From Rhina ancylostomus (Eukaryota): DNA of 64,000 bases. Below, piece after piece: positions 40,882 through 53,029 of the stretch; the first letter of the stretch is position 1; each line of letters begins with the position of its first letter. Under the pieces are notes generated by a model, which made no database searches, was not told the origin of the DNA, and was given only the letters and a program-made list of their open reading frames with translations. The stretch is from positions 25,992,913 through 26,056,912 of the forward strand of contig JARFYF010000007.1 in NCBI GenBank assembly GCA_030265395.1, in the 5' to 3' direction. A program made the translations under genes and the position numbers.

Positions 40882-41148
40882 GGCATGGTAGTGTTGCTGT
40901 TAGTGTAACACTATTACAGCGCCAGCGACCTGGGTTCAATTCCAGTCACTACCTGTAAGGAGTTTGTACGTTCTCCCTGCGTGGGTTTCCTCCCACATTC
41001 CAAAGACGTACAGGTTAGGAAGGTGTGGGCATGCTACGTTGGCGCCAGAAGTGTGGTGACACATCCGGGCTGCCCCCAGAACACTCTACGCAGAAGACGC
41101 ATTTCACTGTGTGTTTCGATGTACATGTGACTAATAGATACATCTTAT
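40882..41148 (+). mobile_element. tRNA-derived V-SINE, relatively young
   Basis: Head with A-box-like TGGTAGTGTTGCTGTTAG and B box GGTTCAATTCC; V-domain gtaaggagtttgtacgttctccc...ggtttcctcccacattccaaagac; LINE-derived tail catttcactgtgtgtttcgatgtacatgtgactaata. Confidence 0.8.
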
Positions 41149-41469
41149 AACTTAAAAAGTTATGTCAAACATAGCTTAGATTGCAGAGAAAGGGGAGGTG
41201 TGAAAAGCACAAAGGAAATATCTGAAAGAATATATAACTACAGCTGAGACAGATATTGATTTTTCTTGGATATTAAAAGAATCATAAGATATGGACTCAG
41301 TGCAGGAAAGTGACCCTAGAGATAAAAGATCAGTCAAGATCTTATTGAATGGCATTACAAGTAAAATTGCCAAATGGCCTGATCCTGCTTTTACTTTCTA
41401 TGTGTTCTGCCACTTGAAGTAAGGAGGCACCAACTTTCTCTTCCCCCTTCAGTGTGCTGAAAAGATCAT

Positions 41470-41585
41470 TTCAACCTTAATATTCATCCTCTTCTGCAAA
41501 AACAGGAGTTAAATACCTGTCCTTTTACCACCTCCCCATCCCACCACCAAGGACCCAACCATTTATTTCAGGTTAAATGGTGTTT
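41470..41585 (+). mobile_element. Penelope ORF fragment just upstream of the GIY-YIG domain
   Basis: NTCPFT...QGP...FQV-like remnant; apparently continued at 43095-43260. Confidence 0.45.
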
Positions 41586-41594
41586 TTTCTTATA

Positions 41595-41904
41595 CAGGCA
41601 GTCCCCAGGTTACACAAGGGTTCTTACCTGAGAAGTGTGCAAGCCGATTTCTGCTCAAGTCAGAAGCATCTGTTTTCTACAGCTACACGTATTGTAATGC
41701 TTGACATACACTTGTTTCATTTCATGAATAATCACCCTAACACTACCCATAATTAAACTAATGGAATATATACTGTATCCAGTACCATGAAATACATTAT
41801 TATTATTATTATTACTAGATTGAAAAATGATTTTAAAATGTATGGGAGAATTTATGCAGTTAGATTTCTGCGAGTCAGGTCATTCGTAATCCAGGGAGGC
41901 CATG
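41595..41904. mobile_element. Tigger/pogo-like (Tc1-mariner) MITE
   Basis: TA on both sides (41593-41594, 41905-41906); imperfect TIRs CAGGCAGTCCCCAGGTTAC / GTAATCCAGGGAGGCCATG. A second partial copy lies at 42941-43095. Confidence 0.6.
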
Positions 41905-41984
41905 TACTTGCTTTTCTATATTTTCTGGATGGCTTTACAATTTTTCCCACACTATTTTCCATTTACTACTCCCTTGCCCATTTA

Positions 41985-42270
41985 CGTAGCCTGTCTGTAT
42001 GCTGTTGCAACCTCCCCACTTAAAAATGATTTATTCCTAGTCTGCCTTTCCTGTTCATTAATCAGTCCACTCCAGTTTGTTTTATCCTCAATTCCACGTA
42101 GCCTGCTCGTGCTTAATAACCTCTTATTTGACACCATGTTGGCATTTCTTTCCGAGTCCAAATATACCACATCCACTGGTTCACCCTTATCTATTTTGTT
42201 AGTTACAACCTAAAGGAAAGCACCAAACATGATTTCCTTTCCATAAATTCATGCTGACTCTGCTCAATTC
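41985..42270 (-). mobile_element. CR1 RT fragment
   Basis: QSQHEFM and MDVVYLD motifs on the minus strand. Confidence 0.7.
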
Positions 42271-43094
42271 CTTATTTATTCCAACTAAAACTATTTAATG
42301 GAGGAAATATATTTTGTGCATATCCCATAAAACTAGTAGACATGACACCTTTCTACTGCTCCTGTAAATATGAATTTATGCTGAATATTACCTTAGCACA
42401 AAACTAACTCGCAATGAAAATTCACATACATCTTTACTTCCTTCCGTCATGGGTCTAAGGGCTTCCTGTCCAAATCAATTTAGTGACATCATGATCTCTG
42501 ACCCAACAGCTGTGACCAGCTGGACTGATTTTCTTTTCAATTCTCATTAGGGGGAATCATTTTTCTGGGAAGAAAGGAGAATCAATTAAATCTACATCAG
42601 GACTGGGCAGGTCAAATATCAGAAATGCACACAGGATGATGAGCTAATTTAAATAAAATAATGTGTGCAAAATCTTGAAACCCATGGGTAGATGCTCAGA
42701 AATCCTTTAATAGGTCCAGTGCACATGTTGTTCAGTGGAGCTCCCAATAACGAGTCATGAATGTTAAGGGAAAACTGATCCATGAGATTCCAGAAAGGCA
42801 GTGAAGTGGGAATTTGCAGCCTCTTTAGGATTAAACTCATNNNNNNNNNNNNNNNNNNNNNNNNNNNNNNNNNNNNNNNNNNNNNNNNNNNNNNNNNNNN
42901 NNNNNNNNNNNNNNNNNNNNNNNNNNNNNNNNNNNNNNNNCTAACACTACCCATAATTAAACTAATGGAATATATACTGTATCCAGTCATTAATGAATAC
43001 CATGAAACATTTTATCATCACTAACTTGAAAAATGCTTTAAAAACATATGGGAGAATTTACAACAAGTTGGATTTTCATAAATCAGGTTATTTC

Positions 43095-43260
43095 TGCACT
43101 TCTTTCAACTCAGTATACTGTATTCACTGCTCATGATGCAGTCTTCATGTGAGGAGACCAAATGCAGATGAATCACTTTAGTAAATACTTCAATTTAGTG
43201 CACAAGCCTGAAGTTCCAATAATCATCAACATATTTTTAATCACTCTTCCGCTTTATCTC
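43095..43260 (+). mobile_element. Penelope GIY-YIG fragment
   Basis: TSFNSVYCIHCS*CS...GETKCR-like remnant (VYxIxCxxC...GET). Confidence 0.6.
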
Positions 43261-45400
43261 AGACATTCCCTTATTCTTAAACAATATAAAATGCTGCCCA
43301 AGACTTTAAACCATACACATTCTGTAAAAGAGATCTTAACAGGAAACATGCTTGCTATGTTCAAAGCATGACGAGAATTTGACAATTTACAGTTAACCCT
43401 ATATGATAAATAAAGCAATGCATCCACTAAAAAATTGCAACTCTAGTTACAGAACCTAGGAAGCAGGTGCTAAAAAAAAACCCTTGATAAACAAGGAAAA
43501 TGATGAATAGAAGTGTTCAAAATGAGACAATTAGGGCATGGACTAGCTATATTCAACAAAAACAAATCAAAAGTTAGAGTTCTTTTGAGAGCTGGAAGCA
43601 CAGGAAGGGCATTTGTACGATCTAGCACTAATACAAAAGATAAATGAAGCTAATTATAGTAAAATTAAGGAGAAACCAAAGATAGAATGATATGTGATCA
43701 TGATAAACATGAAATGTTGAATGCATTTACAAAGAAACAATAAAGATGGATAGAGTCCATTTGAAATAAAAATTGAAAACATTCTGAAAATATCATTCAT
43801 ATTATACAGTAAAAGCATTTAAAAAATATTATGGGCTCAATGATAAAATTCAAGCACCAGATATTAAAGTGAATTTGACAATGCTGGTGAAAGGGCATTA
43901 AAAACAGATGTTTTCCAGACTGGAAAGATGATTCTATGGGATCTTTGTTAATAAACACTCTGATCCCAAATTGTATTTGGGAAGCATATCAAAATTTGCA
44001 TTCAGTTCTCTAACATAACAACTGTTAACTATGATTGTAAGCAATTTCAGGAGGTTAGTAGATTAAGCAAAAGGTAGTAAATGAAACTGAGTTGAGAGAA
44101 ATACGGTATTATTTGAATAACATTGCATGTGTAAACTAAATGTTACCGGAGTAGAGGAATGGAGTGATTCCAGTTCTNNNNNNNNNNNNNNNNNNNNNNN
44201 NNNNNNNNNNNNNNNNNNNNNNNNNNNNNNNNNNNNNNNNNNNNNNNNNNNNNNNNNNNNNNNNNNNNNNNNNNNNNNNNNNNNNNNNNNNNNNNNNNNN
44301 NNNNNNNNNNNNNNNNNNNNNNNNNNNNNNNNNNNNNNNNNNNNNNNNNNNNNNNNNNNNNNNNNNNNNNNNNNNNNNNNNNNNNNNNNNNNNNNNNNNN
44401 NNNNNNNNNNNNNNNNNNNNNNNNNNNNNNNNNNNNNNNNNNNNNNNNNNNNNNNNNNNNNNNNNNNNNNNNNNNNNNNNNNNNNNNNNNNNNNNNNNNN
44501 NNNNNNNNNNNNNNNNNNNNNNNNNNNNNNNNNNNNNNNNNNNNNNNNNNNNNNNNNNNNNNNNNNNNNNNNNNNNNNNNNNNNNNNNNNNNNNNNNNNN
44601 NNNNNNNNNNNNNNNNNNNNNNNNNNNNNNNNNNNNNNNNNNNNNNNNNNNNNNNNNNNNNNNNNNNNNNNNNNNNNNNNNNNNNNNNNNNNNNNNNAAT
44701 TCTTAAAATTGTAGGTACAATATATATTTTGTAGTGCTCCATCAAGATGTAGCCTCTCCCCCAGAGTGCATTATTTTTTTAAGTGAACAGAAGCACTGCT
44801 TGACTGACCGATGCCATAAGGGAGTACCCAAACATGTTGATGAAAGACTTAAAAATTTTAGAAATTTTGGTTTGATATTTTTAGCTGCGGGAAATTTCAC
44901 AGAAGACAGCTGTGGTTGAGTAACCGCACAGAGTACTGGCTTAATATGGCAGGAAAACCTTCCAAGTAGTACAAACTTTAAAATCAGTATTTAAGCTTCA
45001 AACACAATAAAAGCATTTTTACGTACAGGCTGGCTGACTGATGGTTGCAAAGAAACCGGAGGGGGTGGGGGTGGGGGGGAAGCAGATTGGACGGTGTACT
45101 AAGTAGGGATTAGAAGCCTCTGCAAGAGGTTAGTTAAGAATAGAACAAGGCAATTTACAAAAAGCAATAAATTACATGCCACTCAATGCCGGAGAAGCAT
45201 TTTAAGCAGAAGGTGTGGGCCAATCTTATCTCACTAGAAATGTCCTTAAGAATGAGGGATTGTGACTTGCAGTCACAATCACTTCAAATTTGATTAAAAA
45301 AGAGAAATATAGGACTGCAGATGCTGAAATCGAGATTAAAAATCAACAAGATGCTGGAGGAACTCAGCAGGCCAGGCAGCATCCGTGGAGAAAAGCAAGC

Positions 45401-45438
45401 GGTCAGTGTTTCAGGTCAGGACCCTTCTTCAGGACTGA
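45401..45438 (-). ncRNA. Degenerate minimal type I hammerhead ribozyme motif
   Basis: GTC-CTGAAGA-AGGGTC-CT-GACCT-GAAAC-ACT-GAC: both catalytic boxes and stem II present; stem III/cleavage triplet mutated. Confidence 0.6.
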
Positions 45439-46594
45439 ATTTAGGAAAAGCCCAACATATAGGGAGGAAAAACAGAGCAGTGATAGGTAAACAAATAAGG
45501 GGAGGCTGGGTGGGCACAAGGTGGTGATAGGTAGATGCAGGTAACAGTGATAGGCAGATGTTGGGGAGGAGGGGAGTGCAGATTCACCAGAGGATAAGTC
45601 AAAGATATGGAGGCAGGCACCCCATGGGGGATGGAGAAGAGAGGAAAAAGATATTGGTGAGATAGGCTAGGAAAAGGAAAAGAAGGTGGGGTTTAGTTTA
45701 CTTAAAGTGGGAGAGTTTGGTGCTCATGACGTTGGGTTGTAACGTCCCAAGACGGAAAACGACTAAGCTGATCTTCCCCTCCCCACTCCTTTCAGCCTTT
45801 CNNNNNNNNNNNNNNNNNNNNNNNNNNNNNNNNNNNNNNNNNNNNNNNNNNNNNNNNNNNNNNNNNNNNNNNNNNNNNNNNNNNNNNNNNNNNNNNNNNN
45901 NNNNNNNNNNNNNNNNNNNNNNNNNNNNNNNNNNNNNNNNNNNNNNNNNNNNNNNNNNNNNNNNNNNNNNNNNNNNNNNNNNNNNNNNNNNNNNNNNNNN
46001 NNNNNNNNNNNNNNNNNNNNNNNNNNNNNNNNNNNNNNNNNNNNNNNNNNNNNNNNNNNNNNNNNNNNNNNNNNNNNNNNNNNNNNNNNNNNNNNNNNNN
46101 NNNNNNNNNNNNNNNNNNNNNNNNNNNNNNNNNNNNNNNNNNNNNNNNNNNNNNNNNNNNNNNNNNNNNNNNNNNNNNNNNNNNNNNNNNNNNNNNNNNN
46201 NNNNNNNNNNNNNNNNNNNNNNNNNNNNNNNNNNNNNNNNNNNNNNNNNNNNNNNNNNNNNNNNNNNNNNNNNNNNNNNNNNNNNNNNNNNNNNNNNNNN
46301 NNNNNNNNNNNNNNNNNNNNNNNNNNNNNNNNNNCTCCATGCCAATATTTTTTCCTTCTCCTTCCCCCTTCCCCCCCCCTCCATGGAGTGCCTACCTCCA
46401 TACCCGTGACCCATCCCCTAGTGGATCTGCTCTCCCCTCCTCCCCCCGCATCTGCCTATCACTATCTCTTATCTGCATCTACCTATCATCACCTTGTGCC
46501 CACCCCACTTCCTTTCTTTTGTCCACCTATCACTGCTCTGTTCTACCCCCTCTCTTTATGCATATATAATATTGGGCTTCCCCTTTTCCTATCT

Positions 46595-46632
46595 TCAGTC
46601 CTGAAGAAGCGTCCTGACCCGAAATGTTGACC
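46595..46632 (+). ncRNA. Degenerate minimal type I hammerhead ribozyme motif
   Basis: GTC-CTGAAGA-AGCGTC-CT-GACCC-GAAA-TG-TT-GAC: CUGANGA and GAAA boxes, stem I GTC/GAC, stem II with one mismatch. Confidence 0.6.
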
Positions 46633-48837
46633 ACTTGTTTTTCTCCATAGATGCTGCCTGGCCTGCTGAGTTCCTCCAGCATCTTGTTGTCAAACTTGAT
46701 TAAGATTTTGATCTGAACAAAAATCTGACCAGAAAAGATTAAGCAAGGAGCTAGAAACTGAGGGAGCAACCGCAGAACAGCACGGAGACTTAAAGATCCA
46801 CGAACAGAAACAATTAAAGACCACTGGCCAGGTACAAATAAACCTGGTCTCTTGGAATGGTGATGATGGCCACTTCAATGGGAATGGAATATGAAGGAAT
46901 AAGCATAATGTAAAAGTCACCGTTTCAGCCAACACTTGCTGACTACCACTGAGTGTTTTGCTAGGCTATGTAAAAAGCAGTTATGAGGACCAATGGGTGT
47001 CAGAAATCAGAATGGGGCAGGACAGCAGATTTTCTAACAAAGGTCATTGAGAAGCCAAGTAGATTTTTTTGACGATCTGTGGACTTTCATGATTTCCTTT
47101 CCTGACACTTTTAACTTTGGATTCATTTAATCAACTAAATTTAAATTTCTCAAGATTAGTTCAAACTCTGGATTACCATTTCAGTAACATAAGCATTAGG
47201 TTGATGCACATTATATGTAACAGTTTTGGTTTGATCTCATCTGGTGTACCAAATTCAGCTCTGGTTGCACTTTAGAAAAGATTACTGGCCTTCAATATAA
47301 TTAAGTGCATTACTGGGTAAAATGTTAAATTATGAGTACAGATGCACAAGTATTTCCTCAAATATTGAAGATTAACAAGTCACCTAATCTACTGCTTCAA
47401 ATGATAAAAGGATCTGTTAGGGTAGTTATACATAAATGTGTTCTTCTGGTGGAAGAGTTTAAGGCAAGGGGGCAAACCTTGAAACTGGAGCCAAGCCACA
47501 GCCAAACTGTTAGGAAGCTCCGCTTCAAAAACAAAAAAATGTAGTGGAAACCCAAAATGTGTCCCCAATAATTTGTTAAAGCAAGGTAAATTGAAAATTC
47601 AAAACTGATATTATTAATAAAAATATTTTGACCAGGGTCTATGACATAAATGGTGTGAAGATACAAATCAGCCATGATCTAACCAAGTAGAAGAACCTGT
47701 TCTTTGAGGGAGCACATGTTCAAAGATGTGAAGAGACAAAGAAGATAGAGAAGCAATTTGGAAGGCAATGGTCAATGTTATTATTTTTGAGAAGGAAGTA
47801 ATGGCATCAGATTTGATGATGGCTGGGGGCAGGAAGTGATACCAAGGGAAAGGAACTGCTACAATATAAACTGATATAGGTACCATAATATCGTGCTGGG
47901 TAATCAGCAGTTCTGTGGGAATAGAATAAGAGTCTCATGGACAAAGTGAGGACAGAAGCTGGAGAAAGTTAAAAACTCAGTAACGAGGGAAGAGGTAGAC
48001 ATGCGGAAGAGAGAGCTGGACAGATGACATCAGTCTTTGTGAAAAATAGTTCAGGAGCTCCACATATCTGTTTGGAGATCAGATTTTGGTGATGAATAGC
48101 TGAATTAGTTGTATGCTGTACAAATTCAAATTCAACCAACATCAACACTTTGGAAAGGGAAACTGCAGGTATCAAACAAAATAACAATGATTTTAAAAGA
48201 AAGGCAACTAAAAAAACTCTCACAACCTCTATTAGCTATGTGGTACACATAACAGTGAACTATGTGCCCAGACTAATTTCTAAAACAAGACTGTAACACT
48301 AAGAGGAAATACTTTGCCTCTGCCCACCCATTCCGTTCATCTGCAGCAGTACATCACAACTGTCCTCAGGGAATCCCCCAAATATTATAGAGAGCCTTTC
48401 TTTCCCCCCCAAAGATTTATGCTTAACCAACTATTTACCTCTTTCGAAAGCGTTTAAATTTGTTTAGGTTCTGGTTGTCCTTTATAGATGGTTGAACATG
48501 GTTATATATAGAATAATGAATAACAATGAACAATGAATATAGAATAGCAAAAACACATTTTATTATGCAAAAAGGGAACTTTGATAACCAATACTAAGCA
48601 CAGTCTTCCATCCGTCCAACCATGGCTATATGTATCATAATGTTGCTACTAGGTCACCATTGGAACTTTTAAGTTAAATCAAAGAACATACCTCATAATA
48701 AAAACAGAAAAAGCAGGAAATATTCAGCAGTTTAGACAGCATCGATGATGAAAGTTTTCACCAGAAATTTCACTGGATCCTAACATAACTGGTTCTGGAT
48801 AATAGGTCATTGACCTTAGGTATAAAATCTCTCCTCT

Positions 48838-49168
48838 CTTTCTTAGGCAGTCCCATTAGAGGACAATTTGCTTCCACTCCAGTTTTTGTGGGTTCTGAGG
48901 TGGCTAATGAGGCAAATGCAAGAACTGCAGACTCTTTCATAGATGGGCAAAAGTTAGCTGACAGGGTGGACAAGTTGGTAGTTTCTGAGGTGGTGCACTC
49001 TTTTCGTTGCTTACAAAGGGATTCTGTGGGCTCTTGATGCATGGCATCAAGTTATCGTTATCATCTTGAGTGCTTCTTCTCCACTTTGAGTGGTCATATG
49101 CCAAAGGTTCCCAGGAGTCAGTAAGAATGTTGCATTCCTTCAAGAAAACTTTGAACACATCCTTGAAT
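48838..49168 (-). mobile_element. RTE-clade (BovB-like) LINE 3' end
   Basis: FKDVFKVFLKECNILTDSWEPLAYDHSKWRRS, like the RTE C-terminal RxKD.LK..L......WE..A.DR..WR motif; ends in a GLP-type terminus. Confidence 0.75.
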
Positions 49169-49321
49169 TATTTTTCTATCTATTGATGCTGCCTGACTTG
49201 CTGAGTACCTTCAGCAATCTGTTTTTATTTCAGATTTCCAGCATATGCTTTTTTTTATTTTAGTACACAATTCTTGTCTTTTATGCTAAAAGGAATAATA
49301 TTCACATTATTAGTGTTTCCA

Positions 49322-49545
49322 AAAGCAAAATAACATATGCTGGAAACACTCGGTAGGTCAGAAAGCATCCATGGAGAGAGAAATTGAGTTAATGTTTCAA
49401 GTTCCATTCATTGGAACCTTAACTTTTCATCAGAACTGATACTGGAAAGTTTCTGAACAAAGCTTATCGACCCAAAACATTAATTCTATTTCTCTCTCCA
49501 CCGATCCTGCCTGACTTGCTCAGTATTTCCAGCAGTTTTTGTTGT
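49322..49545. repeat. Fold-back pair of Penelope-derived short repeats
   Basis: atgctggaaacactcggtaggtcag...ggagagagaaattgagttaatgttt pairs imperfectly with aaacattaattctatttctctctcc...ctgacttgctcagtatttccagca. Confidence 0.8.
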
Positions 49546-50664
49546 AATTCAATAATTATTTTCTGTAAGAATCAGCCTTGAAATTGCCTAGGCTTTGCAT
49601 TTCTATCAAGATCATCAGTTCTAATTTCATTCATTATCCTTAGGAAAAAAAATGAGGGTGAAAGGGAATTAAAGGTGGCAGAGGAGGAAAAAGGGAGAAG
49701 TACAAGGCATGAGGATGAGGAGTGACTGCAGCTGATAAGAGTGAGAGAAATACAAGTAGTGACAAAGCTGAATAGAGGAAGCGATATGCATGGAAGTTAG
49801 GAAAGATGGGAAAAAGGAAAAGGAAATGTGAGAATGCAAGAGGAAAGGTGGTGCAGAGGAAGGTGCAAATGACAGGAGAATTTAAAGAGGAAATTGAAGC
49901 TGATAAGAATGGGAATGACAGAAAAAGGGGAACTGAGAGAGACATGAAAGAGTACTATCCAAATTATAAATAATTGTGTAAAGAAACCATTTGGAAAGCC
50001 ACATGAATAGGTTATCATAAAAATTAACGGTTTTCTTCACTTACAATGGAAATATTTTACCCCGAAACAACAGGACTTTAATCTCATCTTTTCCTTAATA
50101 ATGAAATACATGGTTGGCTGTATGTATGCCACACACACTATGATATACATAGATATATTCAGAATTAGTTTGGGATAGAGAAACAAAGCAAATAAATAGG
50201 AAAAATGGAAAAGCATCATCAAAAATGTGTAAAACCTATGCATTACTTAAGTAACAAAGGTAATCAGCCTATTTAATGCATAATTGAAAAGAAATGAAAC
50301 ATATAAAGCTTTTTATACAACATAAGAAAGCATAATTTTTGACTGAAAACAATCACTACCCAAAGATCATGTTTGACATTAATCTCGTAAAAAGTAAATA
50401 ATTGTTTTACAGTGTTCATATTTTAGTTCTATGTCCCCAATTCTGAAGCAAAGAATTAAAACTTGTTTGTGATGCTATTATGTACTTTTTGTCCCTATGG
50501 TATGCACTATAAATGCAGCTGTTTTCTGTGGCTTTGCACCATAAGGCAGGAAACATTGGGCATTTAGAAACCTGATTAACAATAGAAACAGGAAGTGAGT
50601 GCTCTCAATTCAACAGAAGGTTTTCATACAAAACTTTGGAACCTCAAGCTGCTTCACCACAGAT

Positions 50665-51025
50665 GAAAAGCAGAAAAACTGCAGAACCTGGAACTCCAAA
50701 ATAAAAACGCAAAATGCTGGAAATATTCAGGTCAGGCAGCATCTGAGGAAAGCTTCAATGAGATGCCTCCATCAGACATACCTGCCACTCCCTTTTCAGT
50801 ATTCCAAAGAAACCATGCCCTCCACAACTTCCTGGTTCACCCTTCCATCACCAACCTATCATAGACATGTCCTTCATTCTCCTCACCCCTTCCCTTTCTC
50901 AGAGAGCTTAAACATGCATGTTTTTAAAAAACTTCCCAGTTCCATTCAACAGAAATATTAACCGTTTCTCCCACCACAAATGCTACCTGACCTGCTTAGA
51001 CTTTCTAGTATTTTCTGTTTTTAAT
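50665..51025. mobile_element. Penelope-derived remnant with inverted ends and an internal ORF scrap
   Basis: The left end tgctggaaatattcaggtcaggcagcat is inverted relative to the right end atgctacctgacctgcttagactttctag; the interior FQRNHALHNFLVH resembles Penelope FRRDxSLRDxLV. Confidence 0.55.
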
Positions 51026-52482
51026 TTCACAATGAACAAACTTTACTTCTATATAAAAGTGAAATTTAACCCATCAGCTCTTTTCAAACCTATATTAAAG
51101 CAAGAGCAGTGATGCCTGCAATCATTAAATCAATTGGCCCTTTTCATACTGAGCGACATCTCTGTAGGATTGCCTACATCTCTAACAGCTAGCTACTTCA
51201 ATCTTTGCAGTAAGATATTTAAACATGTTGCAATATTTTATGATTTTATGGAGTTTTCATCACATGACCATGTCTCAAACTATAAAAGTATTGAAAAATA
51301 ATCTCAGTCACCAACTAAAGCCAGAATAGTCACACAATACTGTATAATAAATATCTCACATTATAAAATATTACAGCACATACTTAAATATCTTACTGCT
51401 AGAACTGAAGTAGCCCAGGTAGAGAACTGTTAAGAGTCAAGAGCTGTCTTTCTGGATTCTGTTATTATACTAACAGAAATGTAAAGTGAAAGGAAGAATT
51501 AAATTAGGCAGAAAGATTCTTTCTAAACTGCAATTTTAAAGCCCCACAAAAGTGCATATGCCCACTCATATACAACTTCAGAACTATAGTCCTGTAATAG
51601 CGATCATGGAGGCTCAGTGGTCTTTGCTGCAAACATAACTGGAATAAAATGCACTTAACTTTTGATAAAGGTTTTTGGAAACCCAACTACATATAAAACA
51701 CCACCTCCTCAGAGCTTTGGTGTAATGCAAGTAATTTTTTTTCCGCCAAAAAAAGTCTTAGGAAAAAGCTGCATCATCAATGGCTGGATTCATTTAAACC
51801 ACCACACTGAAAGGAACACCCAACAGCCTATGGGAAAGTCCTAATAAGTCTCTTCATTTCTAAAGTTTGCTTCACACAATGCCATCCAACTCAGGCAGGT
51901 AGAAAATACTATGCGATACCTAGCATTCAATCACAATCACTGCCATTATTAAATATACATCAATGACAATTGCAAACACCATCTACAATTTAGGTTCTAG
52001 CCAGAAAGTACCATGCTGCCTTTGCTTCAGTGCCATTACAGGCTACAAAATCAAATCATCCACCCCAGTGTAGAGCTCTGCATATACAGGAATGCATACA
52101 TATCTACTAACTCTCTGCCAAGAATTGGAAAGTTAATTCTTTGCAAAGCACCAGAGGTACATTCCCTTCTCTCTTAACATTCAAATTAAAGATCAGGTAG
52201 ATTTACTGAGAGCCTACAAGTCCAACTGACTTTCTCAGAAATGAGATTTGGCACTGCACTGTTGTTCCACTCTTGTACAGTGGCAAGAAGCTGAGACTCC
52301 CTCCTCTGGTTAGAGTTGGACTCTAGAATTAATGCAACTCAAACAAGCTAGTCAGTTAGTTATATGTCCTAAACTCATTTGTCAGGATAGTGCCCTTCAA
52401 TCTTTTTGTTTTGCATATCCCAGCATAACTGACAGCATAAGCATTTATTGCCCATCCCTAACTATCCATAAGTGATGGTAAG

Positions 52483-52975
52483 ACCATAAGACACAAGAGC
52501 AGAATTAAGCTATTTGGGCCATCGAGTCTGCTGCACCATTCAATCACGGCTGATTTTTTTCAACCCCATTCCCCCTTCTCCCCATAAACCTGAACCCCCT
52601 TAACTAATCAAGAACCATTCAATTTCTGCCTTAAATACACCTAATGACTTGGTCCCCACAGNNNNNNNNNNNNNNNNNNNNNNNNNNNNNNNNNNNNNNN
52701 NNNNNNNNNNNNNNNNNNNNNNNNNNNNNNNNNNNNNNNNNNNNNNNNNNNNNNNNNNNNNACTTGGTCCCCACAGCCCGCTGTGGCAACAAATCCCAGA
52801 TTCACCCTCGTCTGGCTGAAGAAATTCCTCTTCATCTCAGTTTTAGAGGGACGTCCCTTTATTCTGACGCAGTGCCCTCGGATCCTAGACTCTCTTGCTA
52901 ATAGAAACATCCTCTCCAATGTGCACTCTATCTAGGCCTTTCAGTATCAGTATCTGGTAGGTTTCAATGAGATTC
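52483..52975 (-). mobile_element. CR1 LINE 3' end
   Basis: ERMFLLARESRIRGHCVRIKGRPSKTEMKRNFFSQ (TRGH/RNFFS motifs) and a tcttatggtctta tail on the minus strand. Confidence 0.8.
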
Positions 52976-53029
52976 CCTCCACCACCCCTCACAACAATCT
53001 CCAACAACCACAACAATTTTCTTTCTTGC

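Larger units (their letters stand above)
45312..46720. mobile_element. Penelope-like element remnant with inverted terminal (pLTR-like) arms of ~400 bp around an N gap
   Basis: 45344-45383 is the exact reverse complement of 46650-46689, and similarity extends along both arms. Minus strand 45698-45770 encodes LVVFRLGTLQPNVMSTKLSHFK*, like the Penelope GIY-YIG C-terminus (FRLGTLQP.G.N). Confidence 0.8.

Noticed and set aside
40882-40960. tRNA gene
   Set aside because: The A/B-box head continues into a V-domain and LINE-type tail, so it is a SINE; no complete cloverleaf is evident.
24817-46414. Long ORFs in the ORF track (e.g. 24817-25755, 44127-44745, 45698-46414)
   Set aside because: They are mostly X residues produced by N gaps.
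45401-46632. Currently active ribozymes cleaving PAN3 pre-mRNA
   Set aside because: Every hammerhead-like copy seen has at least one change in the core, stem II or stem III/cleavage triplet, so activity cannot be claimed.
49620-49960. Purine-rich tract giving a hydrophobic 101-aa ORF on the minus strand
   Set aside because: Low-complexity GA-rich sequence; the Phe/Leu/Ser/Pro bias is a compositional artefact.
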